Positions 56,644-64,000 of a stretch of 64,000 bases of DNA are shown here, piece by piece; the stretch's first letter is position 1; the number at the start of each line of letters is the position of its first letter. Source of the stretch: Neophaeotheca triangularis (Eukaryota); the NCBI GenBank assembly GCA_054600435.1, contig BAAIJX010000010.1, forward strand, positions 310,001 to 374,000, written 5' to 3'. Position numbers and translations under genes: made by a program. The notes under the pieces are model-generated. The model was not told the origin of the DNA. It was given only the letters and a program-made list of their open reading frames with translations, and did not search any database.

Positions 56644-59107
56644 TCACGGCTTCAAAATCCCCGCAGCGACATCGATACCCGCCGCAGTCCTCGCGACCCA
56701 GTCGCGCGCCATGGTAGCGTTCTCGTACTCGGTGATGGCCTCTGTGATGCCCGGGAACGTTACGGGCGCGTATCCGGTATCGAGACCGGGGGCGAACAAG
56801 ACGTGTCTAAAAAATTCACGAGTGGGAAGACCGCCTTGGGAAGTGAAACCGCGGTGGAAGGATTTGAATTTGTGGTTGGCGAGAGCGATGCCGGCGGTGC
56901 TGTTGGCGGCGAGGGAGTCGGCGGCGAGGGTCGTGAGGGCTTGGGCTTGCGTGTTGAAATTGTCGATGCTTGTGCGGAGGGCGTTGGTGGAGATGTTGTA
57001 GCCGCTGGATGCGATGACTTCGGAGAGGGCTGAGTAGTAGGTCTCGAGCTCGGTTTCGTAGGTTAGGACGTTGTAGGGGATGACTGCGTCGTTGGCTAGG
57101 TGGTAGGTGAGGAGCGTTGTCCATTGGGTCATGGCTTTGTGCATTAGGTATTCGGGGTCGCCAAAGGTCGTCATCCAGTAGTAGGTGTCGTAGTTGGAAT
57201 GGTAATGGGGGATTGGGTCTTGAGGGCCGTTGTTGCCTGAGATGTCGATGGAGGCGATGCCTCTGTGGAGGAACGGTGTGCTAAAGTATTGTCAGTCACT
57301 GCTTAGTGGTGAGTTCGAAGAGTTGCCACTTACTAGTCAGAGCCACTGCCCAAGACGCCGACTTGTCCTTCGGTGAGATTAAACCATGCATCGTACAAGC
57401 TCTCCTCTTGCCCACGGAGGTTGTAGGGGACCTTTTTCATGGTCTCGATCGCAATATCGTGCAGCTCGGGCGTAGCAGACATGCTAGGGTCAGGGCCGGC
57501 CGCTAGTGTGTCGATGTTGATGTAAGTCACAGCAGACTCTGTAAGCCATGGGACATATTCCTCGACCCATTCCGTACTGCCGATGAGGCCGTATTCTTCA
57601 GCATCCCAGCTAGCGAGCACAATGGTACGGCGGGGTTGCCAGCCAGTTGACAGAAGCTCTCCAAACGCTTTGCTCATCTCGACGAGGACAGATGAACCGG
57701 AGTTTGGGTCGACCGCTCCGCCAATCATCCATGAGTCGCGGTGGTTGCCAATGATGATCTATTCGTACAGTCAGTAAGATCCGAGCTTACGGAACGAGTG
57801 GCTAGGTAGAGGACTTACGACTTCATCTTGCTCAGTGCCGTTGATAACGCCAACGGCGTTCCACACGTCGTTGAAGCCGTCGTCCATGACGTTCTCGAGG
57901 GCAATGACCGCACCTGGGGCTGGTCCTGTCGAGTAATCGACAGGCAGAGCGCCCACCCAACCGGTGCGGTTTACAGTCTCGCCGTCGATACCATATCCAT
58001 CCAGTGCGGCCAAGAAGGGCTCGGCGGCCAACCAGGAGATGGGGAGAGACGGTATGCTGGGAATGAACCCGCTGGGGTCGGCACGCGAAACATTCTTTCC
58101 CTTGGACGGGTAACCGGGAGTGCTAGGTGGTTGTCAGCGATTAGTACTACAGAACCCATGGATTAGTGAGAACATACGTGGGATCACCGATGTTGGTGCT
58201 CAAAAACATAACACTGCCACGCTGTACATAAGTCTAAAGGCATCCTTCGTTAGGCACCTTATTCACAGCGGCATAAATCGACTACTTGACTTACTGGGTT
58301 CCTGGCTGGCCCGTCAGGGTAGGCTTCATAGCCGTTCTCCTCGGTTATCTCGCCATCGTCCGCAGGATCGTTGAACATGACAACACCAATCATGCCAAAG
58401 TTCTGAGCATTTTGGACTTTTAAACCGCTGTGGTATGCATTAGTAAATTTCTTCCTCTGAGGTTGCGTGGGGGAAGAATACTGCCGTGAACGTACCGGAA
58501 AGCTGCGCCATACTTGGCCAGAGCAATCTTGCCTTCCAACTCCACACCCAGCTCTACCAACCGCTCAAAGTCAGCACGCCCAGCCTGACCGACATAGATG
58601 TACTCCGCTTCGACGGAACCAGTGGCCGAGAAGCCATGGAAAGTTGGGATACGGTTGGGGTAGCTTGTGACAGAGTCCTCTTCCAAGATATCCTCCTCCA
58701 GTTGGGGAAGGAAGGTCGATCCGTTGGCGTAGTGCAATGACAAGTTCTTCGACACTGGGTAGTTGAGGTAGACGTCTGCGAGCAAGTTAGAATCAGGGCT
58801 TTTTCGAGGTGCGACGCACTCTCAACCTACTGTACTCGACGAGGTACGAGTCAAAGCCACCCTCAGACCATCGGTCGGCAGTCCACTGGGCCATGGACCT
58901 GTTCCGCCCGGCTACACCATCTCCATGAGAGTAGTAGTAGGAGGAAGAGTTGAGGCTCGCGGGGTCGACAGCATTGCTCAAGACACTCTCGTTTTCATCC
59001 AAAGTCGAGCCAGGGGCCATAGTCTCATTTTGGCGTTTTTGAATGGATGCAAGGCCGGTGGCGGCCGAGGACAGGACCAGAAGCGTAGGAGCGTTGAAGA
59101 AATGCAT
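56644..59107 (-). CDS. Glutamate carboxypeptidase II-like M28B peptidase (signal peptide, PA domain, TfR-like dimer domain); 7 exons
   Basis: Spliced motifs VYLNYP, PTFHGFSATG, YGAAFRGLKV, VQRGSV, GDPTTPGYPS, GNHRDSW, AVDPNSGS, ASWDAEEYGLIGSTEWVE, LGSGSDYTPF, YHSNYD and RHVLFAPG; six canonical introns. Confidence 0.93.
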
Positions 59108-60596
59108 TTTTGCTGCTCAGAAACAGACTTCGTGGTCGCCTTGCAGATGGAACAAGGCGAGCCTTTAAACGCTCTACTTACCAACCACTTTGGTCATATT
59201 ACTGCCTATCTGTACTTGATTCCTGCCATCTCTTTTTGCTTTCCCGTAGGTAGCCGCGTCTGTCCTATCGTACCGCAGTATCGGTTATGGATATACTTGC
59301 TTCTCGAATCCTTCAACAGGCATGATATGTGCTCAATGAGCTTGGCTGCCATGAGGGGAACCGCCGCTCTTGTTTTGCAAGCAGAGGCGTATCTAAACAG
59401 AGGCCGGGGACTGCATTAGTCTCGGTCTTGGTATGATTGAACAGGCCGCCATCGAGAGGGGCAACAGGTTCCCAGTCGCTGCCAACTTGGCGGTAGTTGA
59501 ACATTGAAGCCGTTGAGAAATCTAGAGATGGTTTTGAGCGCGCGCGCGACTGATGCCTCATCAACTCATCATCAGTCGAGCAGACCTAGGTATGGCGGTA
59601 CTCGGGGACATGTCACCTCATCAGACTACCTAGGTACGACCTGACTTCCAGTCCTCGATGAAGACGGATCCATGCCAAGGGCGGGGAAAGCAGGACCGAG
59701 AGTACTCCTAGAAGCCAGCGAAGACTTGCAGGCCTGGAAGTCTTATTTACTGGTGCCTCACTCGATCCTGATCAGTGATGCGGCGATGCCCACTCCACAG
59801 TAGTAGGTGGTTTGCGCACGGCGAAATGGAAGACTTTGGAGCTGCTCTGAACGAATGATATGGCTCCGGAGCAAACTCGGTCGCTCTGTGGTGAAAGCCT
59901 TCCAGCCATGGTGGAAGAAGTGCTTCCACCGCTCCATATGATGGTATAGTGTAACCTATGCACTAATTGAGCTTGTCGGTGGCCCTTGGTGGCATCAGGT
60001 GTCGTAGGGTTAGTGTTTGAGTATCCACACGGGTAGGGTCCGGCACTTCGGAGACAGGTTGCACACTGACCAACTGCCACCGACCAAAGTCTTCCATTCC
60101 ACCGTGCGCAAACCACCTAGTTGCTCCCGGAAGTCTTCCAGTGTCGCCCTGCTTATTATCATGTTTCGATGAGGAAAACAATCGTTAGGCGCATCCTACT
60201 CGAGGCAGCTCTTGGTACTTCCGTATGCACAAGCCAACTTTTCAAGTTTCGCTTTCATGAAAGCTACCGCACTATCGATGTACGGCTTTCCCTACACAAC
60301 CAACGCGTATCGGAATATGCCCAAGACTTTCCCCCAACACGTCCATCTACCTTGACTCACTCAAGATCAAACAAGCTCGAGCTTGAAGCAGTGGCGCAAA
60401 GCGGTAATTGCGACATCCGTGTACTCGCCCCGATAGAGGCTTCAGGATCATAAGAATATCAAACTCTCTCTCCATTAGTTAGCGTTGCCTTTTCTCCCTA
60501 AAAGCGCTTCATTCCATTTCCTTGACCACGCTGGAGAAATTACTCCAAGCAAGCCGCTCCTTTCTGTTCCTTATTCCCTGGTGAGCGGATATCAAA

Positions 60597-62016
60597 ATGT
60601 ATAGCAAATCATTCTTCGCAGCATTGGCTGCTATACCAACGCTGGTCGCTGGCCTGGGCTCCATTGAACTCGCCGGTAAAGTCGGACCTCTCACTTCCAT
60701 CGCAGACAAGCGTGCAGTCAGGGAATGTGACATTACCAACTACGGCGCCAGAGCCGACGGTCGAACGGACATGGGCGACGCTCTCCTCAAAGCACACAAC
60801 GACTGCAAGTCCGGAGGCGTAGTAATCATCCCCGAAGGCGACTTTGCCATGTCGACATGGGTGAAACTCGCCAATGCCAAAGCATGGGCTCTGCAGCTCG
60901 ATGGAACCATCTATCGCACCGGCACCGGCGAAGGGAACATGATTATCATAGAGCACACCTCGGACTTCGAGATGTTCTCCAGTACTGGCAAGGGCGCAAT
61001 GCAGGGTTATGGCTACGAGTACCACCAGAAAGACGACTTCTCCGGTCCCCGCCTCTTGCGCTTCTGGGACATGCAGAACTTCTCCGCGCACGACTTCTTC
61101 TTGGTCGACTCTCCTCTCTTCCACTTGGTCCTCGATACCTGCGAGAACGGCGAACTCTACAACATGGTAGTGCGCGGTGGGGACTCTGGCGGTCTCGACG
61201 GCATCGACATTTGGTCCAACAACATCTGGGTCCATGACATCGAAGTTACCAACAAAGACGAATGCGTCACAGGCAAGCCCAAAACCCCAACCCCAAACCC
61301 CACCACCTCCTCGCTAACCACCGCCCCACGCAACCACAGTCAAATCCCCCTCCAAAAATATCCTCGTAGAAAACATCTATTGCAACTGGTCCGGCGGCAG
61401 CGGCATGGGCTCCCTACCCACCGACACCGCCATCTCGCAAATCACCTACCGCAACATCTACACCCAATCCAGCAACCAAATGTACATGCTAAAGTCGTCC
61501 GGCGGCGGTGGCAGCGTCACGGACATTCTGCTCGAAAATTTCATCGGCCACCACAACGCCTACAGCCTCGACATCGACCAATACTGGAGCAGCATGTCGC
61601 GGCTCTCGGGCCCGGGCGTCCAACTCAGCCACATCACCGCCCGCAACTGGACGGGCACCGAGCTCCACGGCCGCGCTCGCGGGCCCATCAAGCTCGCTTG
61701 CGAGGACAACAAACCGTGCACCGCCATCGAGTTGCGCGATATCAACATGTGGACGGAGACGGGGGAGAGCCAGTTCTACAGCTGCCGCAGCGCTTATGGC
61801 CCGGAGCCTGCTTACTGCCTCCCCGAGGCTGGCGAACGGGCGACGGCGTACGCCGAGAGGAGAGTCACGGTTACCACGCCTCCAGAGGGGTATGAGGCGC
61901 CCACTATGGCGGCAGATTTGACCAGCGGCGTCGGCATCACGGAGAGTATCGCGGTGCCTACGATGCCGGCGAGCTTTTTCCCGGGGAAGGCGCCATTTTC
62001 GGCTTTTGCTGGGTGA
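60597..62016 (+). CDS. rhgA: Rhamnogalacturonan hydrolase A (GH28), secreted; one GC-AG intron
   Basis: Signal peptide, [52 protein letters not shown] and CRSAYG. Exons 60597..61272 and 61340..62016 join in frame through a GCAAGC..GCTAAC..CAG intron. Confidence 0.93.
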
Positions 62017-64000
62017 TGGGCTAAGAGGGTGTGGGTAGGGCTGGTTGGCTGAGAGCGCCGTGCATGTTGTAGGAGGACTCGGGGTTGCAATCTGTCTCCA
62101 TTTTCCGTCCAACTGTCCGTGACGAGTGCTGGACAAAGGGAGGAGGTGAAGTTGAAAGAAGAGTGGTGCCAAGACACGCACGCGCGCACGAGCGTGAAGG
62201 GTCTTTGGGCGTGGACTTTCTTGCTGTGCTTTGCTCTTGACGAAGCGTAGCCCAAAGTGTGCGATCTAAGCTGAGCGAGTGTCTGGACCTGACAAACAAC
62301 TGCCCCAATGCTATTCGTATCGAAGTCCAAGACGTACCGGCTATACCGCTGTAAATGCTATCGACGGACGAGAATCTACACTCGTCGTTGGCTCTACCCG
62401 GCCTGGTGTAGACGGATCGAAGATTAGCCAGTAGCGCATAGCATTACCTTGAGATGATCAGATTAATAAACAGACCACAAAGCGACGAGTACGCGACGCA
62501 GCGTGCGTTTGTAAAACAAAAGGCGCACCAGCGGAGCCCCAACTAGAGAACTCAGCCCAGCGATCCCCCCGTAGTTACCTGCCTCTCCGCTGCCGACACC
62601 ACTACTCTGCTCGATCCCGCTTCAGAGATCCAAGATCGCGCCTCGAGAATTACAAACAATCAAAAACTACTTACGAGGTACCTCACTGTACTCTGCTACG
62701 TGCAAACACAAGCCGCCCCCACAGCAGCCCGCCCGACGAGCCCGTGTCGACGATCTTTACGCGTCAGCAAACTGACGATGGGGGGGGGGGGGGGGGATTT
62801 ACGGGTTCCGCACTTGCTCGGGATTTCGCAAGTTTGTTTGGAGGCGGCGCGCGGCGGAACTTGACTTGTTGAATGTCGAGCCATTATTATTTTATTGAAG
62901 ACGCCCGTCCCCATAACCTCTCCCTAGTTGCTAGGAGATGACCGGTTCCGAAGGTGAGGCAAGTGACCGGTTTGGTCGAAACTTTAATTCGCACCACGGG
63001 GCTCCAGACCGCTCGGCGTCATAAGAGGCACCATGCAAGCTTAATGGGGGGGAATATCCTGGAACCTAGGTAGATAATGCCATAATAGAAGCGGTTCGCG
63101 ACTTGAAACAGCCTTGACTTTTGAATCCGGATAAGGCCCATGCGGCTTTTGTGGGATGGACATTGGACAACGTCGGCGTTATGCCATTTCGTCAGTCTGT
63201 GAGGTACGGATGCATCTACACAAGAAAGCTCCTTAGTTGCCTTCGCGATTTGACTATCTTGTCTGCTTAGTAGTGGTGGTAGTGCGTGGCGCCCACATCG
63301 TCGCCGTTGGTGCAAAGGTCGAGCGGCAGCTGACATTTGAGCAATATGGCATTGGTAACAGAATTCAGACGACGCGGGATGAAGGTTTACTTGGAATAGG
63401 ACGTCGAGAGGGATGTCGACCGTTCGTATTACTGCCGCGAAGCTAGGTATCAGAATTAGTAGTACCTAGGTAGAGACGGAGTGCAGCGTATTGGATATAG
63501 AAGGCAGAGGGTAGTGGAAATTTGAACGTGACAAGAACTCGTATCTGCATCAGCATTCAGCATAAGTCATAGCATACTAGGTACATACCTCATATCATCA
63601 CATGAACGAGAAAGACTCCGTGGTATGACCGCGTCTTTAAACCTTTGTTGGCTCCCGTCCAGCGAACGGTTGAATCCTCGCGTGTTAGTCTCGGGTCATC
63701 CGATTGGCCTTCGGCTGGGAACAAAGGCTGCCCTCACCAGACCAGCCAGAGTCGGACCATGTACCGTGTCGCTAGGTACTGTACCTGACCTGACCTTCTC
63801 CTTCGACGACCAGAGGATATCGATATCAATAATCATAACAACAACGATCAGCACTGCTATCGACGAGCTCGGGTGACGGGTATTGCAAGCTCGACCAAGG
63901 CGCCATTTGCGCTACTAGTGCCCGCAAAGATAGATACAACAGATTAGGTACGGACTTTAACAGGCAGATTAGAAAGACGAGGACAGTGCGGGACGCCGGC

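Noticed and set aside
61273..61895. C-terminal part of the 432-aa ORF 60597..61895
   Set aside because: Out-of-frame read-through of the GC-AG intron; the real exon 2 is in another frame and ends at 62016.
1..64000. Intact transposon, Starship recombinase, secondary-metabolite cluster, riboswitch, tRNA/rRNA or CRISPR array
   Set aside because: I saw no transposase, RT, integrase, PKS or NRPS motifs, terminal repeats or RNA-gene signatures by eye. Small RNAs cannot be excluded without Infernal/tRNAscan-SE.

Overview
Eukaryotic DNA from a filamentous ascomycete. Short GT-AG introns with CTRAC branch points, nmrA, rhamnogalacturonase, HET and DUF3176 genes suggest Pezizomycotina, probably a Dothideomycete (inference). 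About 22 genes or gene remnants are supported. Housekeeping genes are an Nrp1/Arp-like RNA-binding protein (partial), Rad9/Crb2, a Dal5-like MFS permease, Ubc7, glucosidase II alpha, NDK, an EEF1AKMT4-like methyltransferase, an F-box/LRR protein, condensin Ycg1, cysteine synthase, an AIF/AMID-like oxidoreductase, NmrA, a NAP-family chaperone, an M28 glutamate carboxypeptidase and rhamnogalacturonase A. The most notable observations are: (1) an intronless gene with a minimal DNA-polymerase-X-like nucleotidyltransferase fold at 54592-56037; (2) three disrupted accessory genes within 38.8-49.2 kb (DUF3176 nonsense, T9-frameshifted secreted/GPI-like gene, HET pseudogene); (3) a ~960-bp TCTA/TCCA satellite containing an exact 88-bp duplication, next to a TpA-rich possible RIP relic; (4) a repeated C-rich to G-rich switch in the 3' part of many genes; (5) a recurrent intergenic TACCTAGGTA palindrome; and (6) a GC-AG intron in rhgA. 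I recognised no rRNA, tRNA, CRISPR array or intact transposon. All family calls come from motif recognition by eye; no searches were run.
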